DNA of 64,000 bases, from NCBI RefSeq assembly GCF_006345805.1, contig NW_021829832.1:310001-374000 (forward strand), written 5' to 3'. Shown one piece after another: positions 1 through 12,979 of this stretch. The first letter of the stretch is position 1; each line of letters begins with the position of its first letter. The position numbers were made by a program, and so were the translations under genes. Origin of the DNA: Octopus sinensis. Taxonomy: Eukaryota. The notes under the pieces were generated by a model that was given only the letters and a program-made list of their open reading frames with translations, was not told the origin of the DNA and did no database searches.

Positions 1-270
1 CGACTCAAATCTACCATATCCATCTTGTAACGCTCTCTTGGAGCTTTTGCTTTAATATTTATTAAAGGAATATGTGCTTTTAACGACTGACTTTAAGCAC
101 AGACTACACATTCAGCACAAACTTTTTGAATAATTAACTTCTTAATACTAATAAATAGTTTTCAGAATATTCTTTCATTTTGTTTACTCCATAATGCGTT
201 GTCAAATGTGAATTCAGACTTCATAGTTTCCAAATCATCTTGAGCAATTACAATTTTTTGCTCCATCATT
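1..270 (-). mobile_element. Degenerate Ginger/KRBA2-like integrase fragment (zinc-binding region and start of core), truncated by window edge
   Basis: Minus strand reads IIQKVCAECVVCA*SQSLKAHIPLINIKAKAPRERYKMDMVDLS (CxxC followed by a first catalytic-Asp context), with an in-frame stop and a frameshift. Confidence 0.6.
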
Positions 271-279
271 TTTATTAGC

Positions 280-900
280 CTAGGGGTCGGCAGAATTTCA
301 GACTTCACGGACCGGATTATAAAAAATTATTGGTCTGCGGGACGAATAATTTGTTTTATTTATTTAAGGCTAATATTAATTAAGTGAATAAAACTTTATT
401 TAACCTAACAACGAGTAAATTTTATTTTAATTGAATTTGCTGTTTAATTTTTCATATACTGTCGTTTATTGTTCGAGAGTTCATCGATATTAGGTGCATA
501 GGTCGTGGACGCTAAAATTAAAACATCATTAAGATGATTATCCGTAATTCTTGTTCTATGATTGTTTTTCGTGTTTATCATTTTTGAAATAACTGTTCGC
601 ATACAAAAGTACTTCCAAATAAAGATATCATTTTTTTGGAATAGTTTACTAACAGCTGATATTTTCCACACGGTTGAACATATTTCTCATAAAATTCCAC
701 AATGTTACAAGATTTGAATAAAAAATCGTTTTAAGAACATGATCAGACTGCAAATCTATAAATTCCAATTGATAGATTTCATTCGCTGAATTGATTTCTA
801 CATCGAAAGGTATAGAAAAATCTTAAATTCGTCCGAATGAGCTTTAAAGTCCACAAATCAAGATGAAAATTGGGATTCAGATCAGAATCTAGGTCACAAT
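280..900 (-). mobile_element. hAT (SPIN/GTF2IRD2-like) transposon 3' remnant
   Basis: Dimerisation-domain motifs YQLEFIDLQ and MINTKNNHRTRITDNHLNDVLILASTTYAPNIDEL. hAT-like terminus TAGGGGTCGGCA at about 281. No partner TIR found. Confidence 0.7.
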
Positions 901-1209
901 ATAGGTCACGTGTGTAACACGATAAAATGTGTAACGCGGATGGCGGCGACATTCTTCATATTTTTTTATTACTGAAGTTATTTAAAAAAGTAAAAAAATG
1001 AGGACTTTTAAAAGAGAATTTCCAAACAATACTTTATAAGAACGATCCCTATCCCTTTAAGAACAGTTTTCTGCATACAAGTCTATACACCCAGCAGTAA
1101 CCCTCGTGCTATTGGACAGCAAGTAACCAACTCGAATAATTTACACAGGGAAATATAATGAACTAATGAGAAAGTAATAAGTATGAAATAGTCATGTGGG
1201 AGTAATACT

Positions 1210-2281
1210 CTAATCATCATCCGTACTAAATTGAGATTCAAAAGAGTCGTCCTCACTCGAGGATTGCAAATATTTCGACATGAAACGCAACTTTTTATTC
1301 TTTCCATTGTAAACATGTTTGACCTTCCTGGGTTTCTCGGAAGCAAACTCCATCAAATAGGGGTACAGCCGGTCTAAATCAGCCTCAATCTTCTCCACCG
1401 TCACCCCTGCAACAGTGAGACCCCACCACAATCAACCCGTGGCGGAAATACTCCCAGTGGCGAATATTATGAAGGACACTGAACTATCCTTGAAGGAATA
1501 AGTCGCCCCTGGGTGCATCTCACTCTCAAACTCCCTCCTCCCACTATCCACAACCATTTATGACACTCAAATTACAAAACAGAGTCATCTCGAACATGAC
1601 GGGCATGGAACGAGTATATATCAATTCCGAACGACAGAAAAGTCGAAATAAACACATTTACAACACGGTAGCGTCCAAATCGGACAGGAAAGCCCATTTT
1701 CATCAGACAACGGGCCACTTTCCGGGATGCCTTGTGAGCATTCTCCAGACTAGCCAATCACCCCACAACACACACCTGTTTGACCCAATACACGTGATTT
1801 TCCCAGTGGATGATATATTCGCTGTGCAAAACGGATTCCGAATTTTTTTGTAACAAATCTGGGAATATAAAATCAAAAAAACTGAGGATCCCGGCTTGAG
1901 TTCCACATGATGTCCATATCGGGCCAAATATCGGAGATCAATGCCACATCGTGTTGAAAATGTGCAGATTACGTTGTTTATTTCAATTTGTGGCGGAGAT
2001 GAACTGAATGAGACTTGTCTTGGACGACCGGGGGTTTTTCTTTTGGTTTTTGTGGGTTGTATTGGTCGGATTGAGGTTGGAATGATTCCTTGTTGAGGGA
2101 CTGGCTTTATGTTTATAAGACGGACTGTTCGGAGGGGTGTGGATCCCTGACCATTCGAATATTGGGTTTCTCCTGGCTTTCGAGGTGTTATTCGGACTAT
2201 TCTTCCATTACTTGTTTTGGAAATAGTGTGTGTCGGTCTTCCACAATTGGAGAGATTAAATTCATTTTTACCGTCCATCAT
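1210..2281 (-). CDS. TBPL1: TBP-like protein 1 (TRF2/TLF), 5 exons
   Basis: Spliced product IEINNVICTFSTRCGIDL...KIRNPFCTANISSTGKITCIG...ASRKVARCLMKMGFPVRF...EFESEMHPGATY...IFATGSISATG matches both TRF2 core repeats. Introns of 24, 26, 33 and 30 nt, all GT-AG. Confidence 0.9.
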
Positions 2282-2579
2282 CTTTTTAGGTTACATTTAT
2301 TTAAATTAGGTTTATAAAAACTAGTTAAAAACTAAATTCTAATAAAAAAACTAGCAGTAGAATCATAATATTACTAAAGTTAAAAAATACCACAACAATC
2401 AAATTGATAATACTAAACAGAAAGTGTGTTGTTTATTTAAATAAAAAACTTAAACATTTATTTAAATATTATATTCATTATAAAATATAAATAAGAATCT
2501 AAAGTGAAATTCATATCTAATTATGATTTTGAACAATTTAATGAAGGCTTTATTAAAACAATTAATGGTATTATGTTTA

Positions 2580-3030
2580 TGGTCTCCGCCGCGATCGGCA
2601 CCACGGAAAACTTCTCCGAGAGGGCAGAATATTTTAAAAGCTTTAAATCTTCAGCCTTTTTAGCTGCAGATTTGGCCTCCAGAGCACACGAAGTTAAGTG
2701 AGAAGCAGAAAAGGTGTCACAGCAGGTTGCATCCCATACGAGGCCTTTTCCGCCTTCAAAGGTCATCATCCCGGAAAAGGGTCATCCCGTCAGGACGCTT
2801 CCTGTCGCCGCGGTCAAGACCCGGAGGTTCGAGGACCGAAGGAAATCCCGCCGAGTCGAGGGCCCTCCGTATGATGTCATTCATAGCAGAGTGCCTCGGG
2901 AAACGTCCGGCACTCCTCTTGCACGATAAAGGGTGCAGACCGAAAGGGTCAACAGTGCAGCCACAGCGGCACGTGTGCGGGACACATTGCCTTAGTCCGA
3001 GTCGCAGAGAGACTCCGATCCTTACCGCTT
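2580..3030 (-). mobile_element. Fragment of CRE-type non-LTR retrotransposon (zinc knuckle plus restriction-like endonuclease)
   Basis: [11 protein letters not shown]...[29 protein letters not shown]. Related to the full element at 17719-20867 but truncated at both ends. Confidence 0.85.
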
Positions 3031-3205
3031 CATTTAATGAAGTATAAAAAATTTATAGACATCATTCACTCAAATTTGTTAGAAAATATAAAAGAGTGAA
3101 AAGTCACCTAAATTAAATTTACTGTCATTTACTGCAAGGAATCTATGCTTTAATGGGATAATTGGTTAAATATTGAAATGAGTAAAAGTTAGTTTTTTGT
3201 TATAA

Positions 3206-5343
3206 TTAAGATTCCATAAATTTTCTGAATTCTTCAAGTGTGATTCCACTTCCAGATTTAGCATTAAATTTGTCATAAACCTGACGATTGAGTGTCTTTA
3301 ATAACCTTATCCACAATCTCTTCATCTGATGGGTAATAACCATTTCTCAGAATATTTTGAATGTCTCCCTTTGTCAAAAAATTCGAATAATTTTTTTTGT
3401 ATTTTCGGAACATTTCAAAAATGTTTGATTTATCGATGATTGACAGCCTTTTCAATTGTTGAGTCAACTCGAGTACCAAAATTTCCAATTCTTCATTTCT
3501 AAAACGACAACTCATTGCAAAAATAAAACGTTCTTTGCCGCTGGGAGCACTGATTAGTTTCTTTACTTTTGAAATGTGCGAGTATATTTGCTTTGAAGTC
3601 CTCTATGATATTTAGAACAAAAAAATACCGCTAAACTTGTCAGGATTTGAATTTACGTAACTCAAAACAAATTCGTCGGCATCAATAATTCTAAATCGGT
3701 GCGAGTTGATGTTGACTATGTTGGAAATCTTAAAGTCTTCAGGACCGAAATAAGAAGGTGTTTCTGGGCAAACGTTCGATTTTATGACTCGACGTTTTTC
3801 CAAAAATCTTCCACTCAAAAATCCCGAGTTCTTTCTGGGTATTTCAAAAATGTCGATTTGATCATCAGCAACGTAGAATGACACAACAAATTCCCGATTC
3901 CTGTCCACATCTCGGTTGTTTTCCTTTAAATTTTGTTATTGATGTACCATTTTTGCTTTGAATCTGAGGACTATTCCTTCATTTTCAAGCATCCTGACAT
4001 AATCCTTCTTTTCAGGAGTCGGGATCAAAGACAGACAAGACTGTAATGAATCGTCTAACGATCCAAAGCCATTATACGGAGGAATTTCCTTAAAATGAAT
4101 ATAACCATTCAAAAAACCATTTTTGGGAACTCCATTCTTGGAATTGACACATCAAGAGGAGTGAAATCCGAAATTCCAAACTTTTTCCAATAATAAGCTT
4201 TAGTAAAATTGTCAAGGTCGTATATAATGAATCGACGATTGTATATGACAACAGTTTGGCCGATCATCAAGTCTTGTGGCGACAAATATTCAGAAATTTC
4301 TTTATTTGAAAGTTCCAGACATATTCTGGGGAAGCACGGATTTATATTTTCGAGATTTTTCGGAATTCGATGACGATTAATGAATACTGGAAACGGATCG
4401 TAGCCATCATTATTGACTCTGATTTCTCTCACTTCCATAGTATCGTCAACCAAGTAGTACTAATGTAAAGCCACGTGTCTTACGTGTATGATGAAAGGTC
4501 GAAGGTCCCCGAGAATCGAATCTCGGTCGTCCCACATTGCATATATGCATAACACCTTACGATCGAGTTCCAAAAATTGTTTCAATTTGTCAAAATCTGT
4601 AGGAGTCACAGATTCCTTAGATTTTTCAATTTGCTGACGATTGAATGTATATGGGTCGGGAGGGATCTCTTCTCCTTCATTAACATCAATTCCCTCGCTT
4701 GTTAAAAATTGCTATTTTATGACGTAAAAAATTACAGCTGTCCACTGATCGCAGTTTGTCAATCTAAAAGTACGTCCATAAAAAGTGATATTCATTCCAT
4801 TATTCAAATCTCTCCAATTATAAGTATCCCCGAAATCATTTTTAGGAATCTTCTGACGTTGAATCAGTTTTCCTACAACTCACAAATCTAAATACCCTGA
4901 GTGAAACCACTATTTTTGACTTCTGGTTCGTACACGCAAATAGTGTCATCAACAAGGAAATAAAGAACGTGGACAGGCCGGACTCTGCAATATTCATCTG
5001 CTGATTCATATATTGATTGTTTAAAATATCCGTAAAATTTGAGGACCAGTTTGTTTAAATTAAATACAATACTTTTTTGTCGAAATAAACAAAATTGGGT
5101 ACAAATTCTTGTTTTGGAGTTCTTGTTTTTGGACCGTATGTAAGCGTCGGAGTGAAGTTTGCGAGTTGATTGAGTTCGATTTCATTTATTCCTTTATTAG
5201 TTTTCTTAGGTATTGAATATCCGTTAGAAATGTCAAGACTATGTTTTTTATTGAATGTATTTTTCTAAATTTGTAACATTTTTGACACCAACTGTCACAT
5301 CTGATGTTCTGAAACCAGGAAGCATTGGAAGTCCATCGCACAT
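3206..5343 (-). CDS. EFHC1: EF-hand domain-containing protein 1 (Rib72; three DM10 domains plus EF-hand)
   Basis: [11 protein letters not shown] start; FDKK|[64 protein letters not shown]; C-terminal EF-hand-like ITLEEF. One intron has a non-AG acceptor (see findings). Confidence 0.92.
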
Positions 5344-5449
5344 TTTGGTTTGTGTTTCTAAGCAGCAAAAATTAATCCCAATACATTTAATGACAATCAA
5401 AATTATTTCAAAATATATACAGTTCTAATATACACTTAATTAATAGACT

Positions 5450-6120
5450 TTTTTATGAGAATTCTTACGAAACATTCCACTTTCAACAGCCAGACTCGCC
5501 ATTTCGTGAACTTAATTAGCTTTGTGCTCTCCTGATTGATCTATGGAACGTAGTATTTCCTTGATTTGGATTCTGATCCCATTTTTATGCTCGACCATAA
5601 TACTTTCGATGGTTTTTTTAGTACTAACGCATTTTGTAACAATAGTGTTCGAAATTCAGTCAGGGTTCCATTTCCTGCTGTATTGACAGCGTTATGGGGA
5701 TTATTGTGGTTAGATAAATATGTTTTTATCCAGCCTTAAGAATCGAAAAACAGCCTTCGCATGGATTAAGTTGAGGAGAATATATGGTGCATCAAATCTG
5801 CGTATAGTATGTACTACTCGTACACCTTCAAAATTTCCTTGTTTTTTATGGATTGGAGCATTATCCATATAAATAATAATTTCCTCTCCAGCTAAACTGT
5901 CAAATAATGCCGTCATAAAATTGCTAAATTTAGATTTCATAAATCTAATGTGTGATTCAAATATAACTTCACTTTTACAAACATATGGATTTCCACTTTT
6001 TGCAATGGCTATAGCTGTTATCCTCTTTACACCAAGATCCCGAGCAAGTTGTATAAAATCCTCCCCTTTTCGATAAGTGCTCTTTTTGTAGTTTCTGATA
6101 CTCTTGATTTTTTTCTTGAA
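5450..6120 (-). mobile_element. Degenerate Tc1/IS630-like (DDE_3) transposase remnant
   Basis: HTH-like DFIQLARDLGVKRITAIAI and DDE-type IIIYMDNAPIHKK. Downstream catalytic motif eroded. Confidence 0.55.
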
Positions 6121-6299
6121 ATAAAATTCGTACAAAAATGGCGAATTAGAAAATATATAATAAATGACAAAATTAACATAAAAATGTCCAAACTGATGAA
6201 AAAGTGTAAAAATTGAATATCGAATTGTAAATATTGATACAAAAACGTCAGAATTAAACTGAAAATGGTATAGATATGTTCTACTTGCCACATCAATCG

Positions 6300-6620
6300 G
6301 TAAAGAATTAATATAATTCTTGTAGCATTTCCATCTTATGTCTAAATAATTGGGACACTTTTACTTAAGCATTGTATAAACTTTTAAATTTATTAGCTAT
6401 CAAGTCATACTTGTGTAGCTTTTCAGCTCAGTCTGCTTAGGTGACATAATTACAACTTTTATAATAACTGTCTCATTCTTCAATCTGTTATAAACGGAAA
6501 TATCTGGTTTGTTGTGTTGCATTTTGATGTCAATCATAATTGAAGTGTCTACTGGGATTTCCATCTTCTGTGTCACAACAATTGAATAATCTGAGAGTAA
6601 TAAAAATCTCGAATTTCAAG
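6300..6620 (-). mobile_element. Degenerate RLE-domain fragment of the R4/Dong-like family
   Basis: Reads IPVDTSIMIDIKMQHNKPDISVYNRLKNETVII...YDLIAN...VPII, colinear with RVDTTIPTELKIQYNKPDIFLYDKK in the 22-25.6 kb element. Confidence 0.7.
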
Positions 6621-6953
6621 TTATTAGTATAATTTGAAACCAGAGAGAAATTGCTTAAAAAGCAAAACAAAAATTGGATAGTTTATAATTTTAAAATATC
6701 ATTTTTTTGGTTTTGCAACGTTGAAGAATTATTTCATATATTTTGATTAGATTTAATGTGGTTATAATAAAAGGAGCAAATGACTTGATTTGTGAAGGAA
6801 GGCATTTTTGTACGGACTAACGACTCGAATTTGTAGTTTCCCCGAAATGGAGAACTCTTACTAATAAAATTAAGATAATATAAAATTTTCAGTATTTTTA
6901 ATAAAATTTGTAATAAATTAATTAAATATATAACGAGCATTGTTGTGTAAATT

Positions 6954-7522
6954 ATGAGGCAGACATTTACAAGGTCTGATGTTGGAGTAGTTAAAGTATT
7001 TATTTATATAATCTTCAAATAGATTGAACCAGAAGTTAAAGAAAGGATTGTCTCTTATAGTATTTATAATTATATATAATTATAGTAAATGCACAAAAAG
7101 AAGAAAACAAACCTGAAAATCACGTAAAATGATAAATTAATTCAAAGGAAACAAAAAACCCACCAATTCAGCCAAAGAAGGACATTGAAGAACGTCTGAA
7201 AGAATTGGAAGAAAAATCCAAATTCGTATATTCTAAAGCCTCCGAAAAATTTGAAGACTTGAGAGAAAAAGTCGACAATTTAGAAAATAAACTAAAGTTG
7301 GGAAATTTTTCAAATTTTATAGGCCCAACCGCTGTCACAGACTTGCTGACCAAGTTCGTGAATGTTATGAAAGAAATATGCCTGATCGAACCCTCCTTTG
7401 TGCATCCCTCGTTGAAGAGTTTAAAAATTGTCAGCCATAATTGTGGTTTAATAGTCCAAATATATTTAATGGTTATTTTACATTCCCCCAAGTTAAGTAA
7501 CCATTTGTTTGTGGCTGGGTGA
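6954..7522 (+). CDS. Unknown coiled-coil protein, multi-exon; 3' end uncertain
   Basis: ATG at 6954. Three GT-AG micro-introns join an open frame MRQTFTRSDVGVVK-IEPEVKERIVSY-INAQKEENKPENH-ETKNPPIQPKKDIEERLKELEEK. No confident family. Confidence 0.5.
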
Positions 7523-7697
7523 CCGTTCAAGCAATTGTGTTATAATCCTCCTGTTGAAATTTGTGGAATAATATGACAGAACCATTTATATTGAGATATT
7601 ATTATTAAGTAGTTATACTTTATACAAATAATAAGTAAATATGATAAAATATTTTTTTTATTTAAAAGTGTGGGAATAATTTAATTATTGTTGTGTC

Positions 7698-9417
7698 ATG
7701 TGGAAATTAGCAGTGCAAAGTATATAAAATAACAAAAATAGATATTGAATATAATCTACTCACAGGAAAAAAATATACAATTGGATTCAAAAATTCTGAT
7801 ATAATAATCCAGACAGACAGAGATACAAATATAGGAATCATTTGCCACATAAACGTCCACGAAGAATACAACATACGCAATATTCATTCTTGCCCAGAAT
7901 GTGTGCTACATTCCTCCACAAGACACCCCCTCTCCCTAAACGGAATTAACATAACCGATCCAACAATCCTCAAAGACGGAGACCAAATTAAAATGGATTC
8001 AACGAACATTACCTTAAAGTTAACTTAATTTCTAATTATAGAATCAAAAAACAAGGACTTGTCTTCACTTGTTCGTGTATTGATAGCACCACGTCGAGAG
8101 AGATTATTCACCACTGCAGAACCATGGGAGCCCATTTCCTACCAGAATGGACCGATTCGTGTGATTTTTTAGTAATGAAGTCAATTTATGTGACCACCAA
8201 GGTTTGATAGTCATTATTTAATTTTATTAGGTCATTTGTGCCCTTTCTTCTCAAAAAAGAATTGTCCTGCCAAAATTCATTGAGATTTATGTCGACCATT
8301 TAATCAAACATTTGGAACCACCTGATTTGAAGGAGTAAAGGAATATATTTATGTGTAGATATCAACCAGATGTCTGCGATGTGAATCTAAGAGGTATAAA
8401 TGTGTCGTTTGATCCAATCCCTCTCAGAAGTATTGTTTTAAACAAACGAATATTCCTTTTCTTTAGTCAAAGTCAAGTTAAATGCCATTTTTTTATATTA
8501 ATTAGATGAATTCGTTTAAATTGGCAATTCACCTTTCAGGGGGTCACTCAGAGTTGATTGCAAGTGCTGAGATTGCCTCCAACCATATTATTGTTGTCCC
8601 CGACCAGTCTGAAGGCAACCTGCCGATTAAGATGAGGAAAATATACAAGCAAGTTCTTGTTGTGTTAAAAAAGTTTGATTATATTTATTCAAATGTGTAG
8701 TAGTGGTATGAGGATGGTGGATGAGACAGAAATTGGATTTGCAATTCTTCTACCGGCCGAGTCCCATTACTGTGCTGGAGATGTGCCTATACAGTCATTA
8801 CAGGTAGAGAAAGGAGGAATTCCACTGTCTGGAAATGAGGTGAACATTGCTCCTATTATTTATGCTGGAAACGGGGAATGTAAAAATATCGAAAAGGCTC
8901 CAAAAATGTCATTAAAGCCCAATAAAGTTGTAAAATCAGTGGACAATTGTGCTGCTGTTATCAAAGAATGTAATACTCAGAAAGTCCCCCAAACTAATGA
9001 ACCCGCTGCCAAAATTTCAAAGAAATCTGAAGCTGTGTTTGTGACTTCAAAAACAGTGGAAAAGGCCATTTCGGAGAATATCACTGTGCATTCCACCGAC
9101 TGTTTTCAAGACGAATTTGATGACTGTGGAGTCACCCAGAAAGATTTAATGGTTGTGGACATTTGTCCTTTGGTTGCTGCGAAGGTGCCTCGTGGGAAAG
9201 TTTTTTCCAAAGTATCCTTTTGTTTTTGGAGTTTTGTTAGAATAATTGTGCAGGGCAACCTTCTTTTGTGATTGGAGTGGAGGGATTAGTCGGCCATGAT
9301 GTCGAGAAATGTCCTGTTGTGGTGTCTAGTCCTAAAAGACCGCGATTCGAGCGTTCTTCGGGGACAACCTCGACTGAAACAGATTTATTTTTACGAAATT
9401 CGCAGCTTTTTGAGTAA
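7698..9417 (+). CDS. NBN: Nibrin (FHA, tandem BRCT, C-terminal MRE11/ATM-binding region)
   Basis: MWKL start; YNLLTGKKYTIG; BRCT segment LVFTCSCID...WTDSCDFLVMKSIYVTTKVICALSS...IVLPKF; DETEIGFAIL; C-terminal AGQPSFVIGVEGLVGH and TDLFLRN. Confidence 0.88.
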
Positions 9418-9807
9418 GATTGCATAATTCCGTAAAATGATTTAGATTCTGAACATCTTTTTATAGAATACGACATTTTTGTGTGGATAAAATGTTATTT
9501 CTGTTTGTAGTTTAAATTTCTTATCCAGAAAACTATTTTTATAAATTAAAACTGCTTTTGAACACCATTTGTTGCTCAAGTTGCAATGTGAAATAGACTC
9601 GGAATATTTATGATTTAACCAAATTGGACTACCAATGACTCCAGTCTGTAAACATGTTTCATACTATAAAGCAGTGTTTATATGGTCATTGGAATCATTA
9701 CTGCAATATGCTCAATTTAGTCAGTGGAAGTATTTCTCGCATTATAAATCAAACAACTTATAATATTAACTGCAGTCTATGAATACTCAGACAAAACAAG
9801 AATCAAA

Positions 9808-10922
9808 CTAGTCAAATCCAATATCGACAACAGCCTGACAACTGTAGCCTCCCTCGCTGTCGAATGATCCTATCTTACATATGTGAAAGCATTTGAGCAC
9901 AAACGACCCAAAATAATAGTCGCCATAATTCTACCACTCCTCAAACACACTCCACCTTCAATATAGGCCGGGCATCAAACGAATCACGACTCCTTCCGTG
10001 TTCTTTGACAAATCCAGTATTCATAAGAGTCATGTGAGTGATGACAGACTCACTCCGATGGTCGACCATGTTTTTTATTGTGTCGCATATTTTTTGAAAT
10101 CTATTCTAACTCGTCAGACATACGCAGGGGATTGTGACTTGGCACAGGCATAGAGAACATTCACTTCGGAAGGGTCGTCATTCATGTAGTCCAATCCTTC
10201 CAAGGACACCTCCACTGGCTCACTCCCTTTTATAATTTCTCTAAAAATCCCAACAATATGAAGGAACCTGATTTGGTGGTTACAAAAGTCGAGTAATTTG
10301 TACTTGACGTCAACCAAGTCCCTGTGCTCAGCCACCAGGAACGCGGAAACAGTCAAATGAAGACTAAAATTATGCTGAAACATACCGCAGAGGATGTATA
10401 AACAGTTCAGATGGGATTCCTTTGCTCTAAAATATGTCAAATAAACAAACCACTCGAGGATTGCCGAGAACAGCTTGTTTGAAATGCAAATAATTGTTGA
10501 TTAGATCACAGCCGTTCAGCAAAATGCAAATAAAATTGGTCGGTTTGTAGTTTTTTCGACAATCGGCGACAATCATCAATATTCTGTTCCTCGTGCTTTC
10601 CACGGTCTCCAGACTGAAGCCGATTATTTCTAGAATAATGTCCATAATTACTGAGGTTGTCGTGACACGCAGAGTGGACTTGAATTTGGCAATGAGTGTC
10701 ACTTTCTAATCGTTTTTTGACGTGTCCGCCTTTTCCAATGATGGCCCTGAATATTATTAGGAATTACCCAATAAAGAGTTCAGGTATATGCATGGTTTCT
10801 GTATATAGTTTGACTTGAGTATTCTCGGGTTGTTCATTACTTTTGTTGGTAATATTGTCAACCTGGTTGTGTCTGTATGTTATATTTCTGATTCGATATG
10901 TGGACCCACTTAGCCAATCCAT
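9808..10922 (-). CDS. ASCC1: Activating signal cointegrator 1 complex subunit 1 (KH plus 2H phosphoesterase)
   Basis: KH motif AIIGKGGHVKKRLE; two HxT motifs (LHLTV, THMTLMN); EGLDYMNDDPSEVNVLYA. Confidence 0.9.
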
Positions 10923-11028
10923 TAGTGTATTTTAAAATTAAAAAATTTATTTTTAATTATAATTTTATTTAAAATGTTAGTTGAAATAACAAATTATTAA
11001 TATTTTTTAAATAGCAGATCGAAAACTC

Positions 11029-12806
11029 ATGGTCTTTGTGCGACCATTCTCCATATTCCTAACAGGTATCGGGTCAGCTAGTCTCGCCCATTCCCTGAAT
11101 GAAAAGAACTCATTACTGCCAACAAATACAGTATCCAGATTCATGCGGTATATTACTGCCACAATATAATTACTAGAACAGCTTTTACAGCCGTTTCTGT
11201 AAATGTAGACTATATTCTCACCCAAAGGAAAATAAATAAAAATCCATCCGAAATATCCGACCAAACGATGACCGACTTTCACACACGGTCAGCCACTAAA
11301 ATCAAGAACCTATGCATCAAAAACGGAGGATTTTACATAAAACTCGGTCAAGTAATAGGAACATTCAATCACGTGCTCCCCAAGGAGTACATTGACGAAC
11401 TAAAAGTATTATATAACCAAGTCAAACCTCGACCCTTCAGTAAAGTATTATTACTACGTGATATTTTAGGTAGAAATAGTTTTTCTGCAGGAATTTGGTC
11501 TGAGGCCTCAGGAGATCTTTCGGGAGTTTGATCGGAAGGCGATTGCTGCTGCCTCTCTGTCACAAGTCCACGTCGGTGTCACCAAGGAAGGTCAAAAAGT
11601 GGCCGTAAAGGTGCCCTTTCTCTAAAAATGTGACCCTAAAGGTACAATACGAGGATTTGGAACGAAATTATAAATCAGATTTTAAGACTCTCAAGTTTCT
11701 ATCAAGAATTGTGAATTATTTGAATCCTCAGCTTCCACTCAATTTCCTTATTCAGGTTGTGTGTTTTGAGTGAAAGAAGGTGGCGTCGGAGGCAGCACTG
11801 AAGGAGTTGGACTTCAAGAACGAGGCTGACAACAGTGAACGCTGTGCAAAGGAACTTGAACATTTAAAGTTCTTAAAAATTCCCGGAGTCTACCGCGAAC
11901 TCAGCACAAGGAGGATTCTGACGATGGATTTCATGGAAGGGACATCCATCACTGACACTGACGGGATTAGGCGGATTGGACTTAGTCTGAAGGAAGTCTC
12001 GCAGAAGGTCGTTCAGATTTTTGCCGAACAGATTTTTTGCACGGGGTTTGTTCACGCGGATCCACATCCGGGAAATAGTTTTGGTTTTTTTAACAGTTTT
12101 TCAGTTCTTGTACAAAAACGTGAAGGAAGACTTTTCTTAGTCTTGTTGGATCACGGACTCTACCAGGAGTACAGTCCGAGCGAACGAATGTGCCTTTGTG
12201 GGCTATATAAGGCCATAATGTCCAAGAACTTTGGGGATATCAAAAAATATAGCGAGAAGTTGGGAGTTGATGGTTTTTTAAGTCGTAATTTCAGAATATT
12301 TGATGTTGGCTCGAATGATAAGTCAGACTTTGGTGAGCGAGAAGGAAATTGGTTTGTCTAATAAACTATCGGACGAGGAATTGGCTGCAGCTCAAAAATT
12401 ATTTATTGAAAACGTGGATAAAATATTTGTCGTGTTGAAGCAAATGCCATCCAATCTCCTGCTTGTAATGAGAAATATTCATTTTGTTCGTTCCACAGTT
12501 CGGATGCACGGGAATTTGGTCAACCGACATGGAATCCTCACATCGCGGTTGTTTTGGGGTTCTGATTGGGCAGGGCCATTGCTGGATACGAACAACTTAC
12601 CCACACCTGGATTCCAGTTTCCGTGAGGACTGTTTTTAAGCAAGCCTTTATGGCCCTCAGATTCAAGTTTTATATTTATTGATATTTTAAGATATCAGTT
12701 TATTGCTGGCGTTATAGGGCAGTTGTGGGTTTCTCTGTTTTTGTATTTCAATAAAGAAAAGGCGAAGAAGATTAGTCAGTTCCAAAGCATGGTCGAACAT
12801 GAGTGA
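11029..12806 (+). CDS. ADCK5: ABC1/UbiB-family atypical kinase, ADCK5-like
   Basis: NGGFYIKLGQVIGTFNHVLPKEY, AAASLSQVH, VAVKVQY, ELDFKNEADN, VHADPHPGN, LLDHGLY. The FNH motif favours ADCK5 over ADCK1. Confidence 0.85.
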
Positions 12807-12979
12807 TTTGTATTTTAATAAAGTGTAGGTTGGAGAAGACCTATACTGCCGTTCTTTAGGACATAAATAATATTAAAATAACGTATATTTGAACAATAAC
12901 ACTTTTTAATTCTTTGTAACAAAAGTGTACATAATGAGTCAAAAAATTCAATCCTATATTTGGAGTAATTTTCATTATG

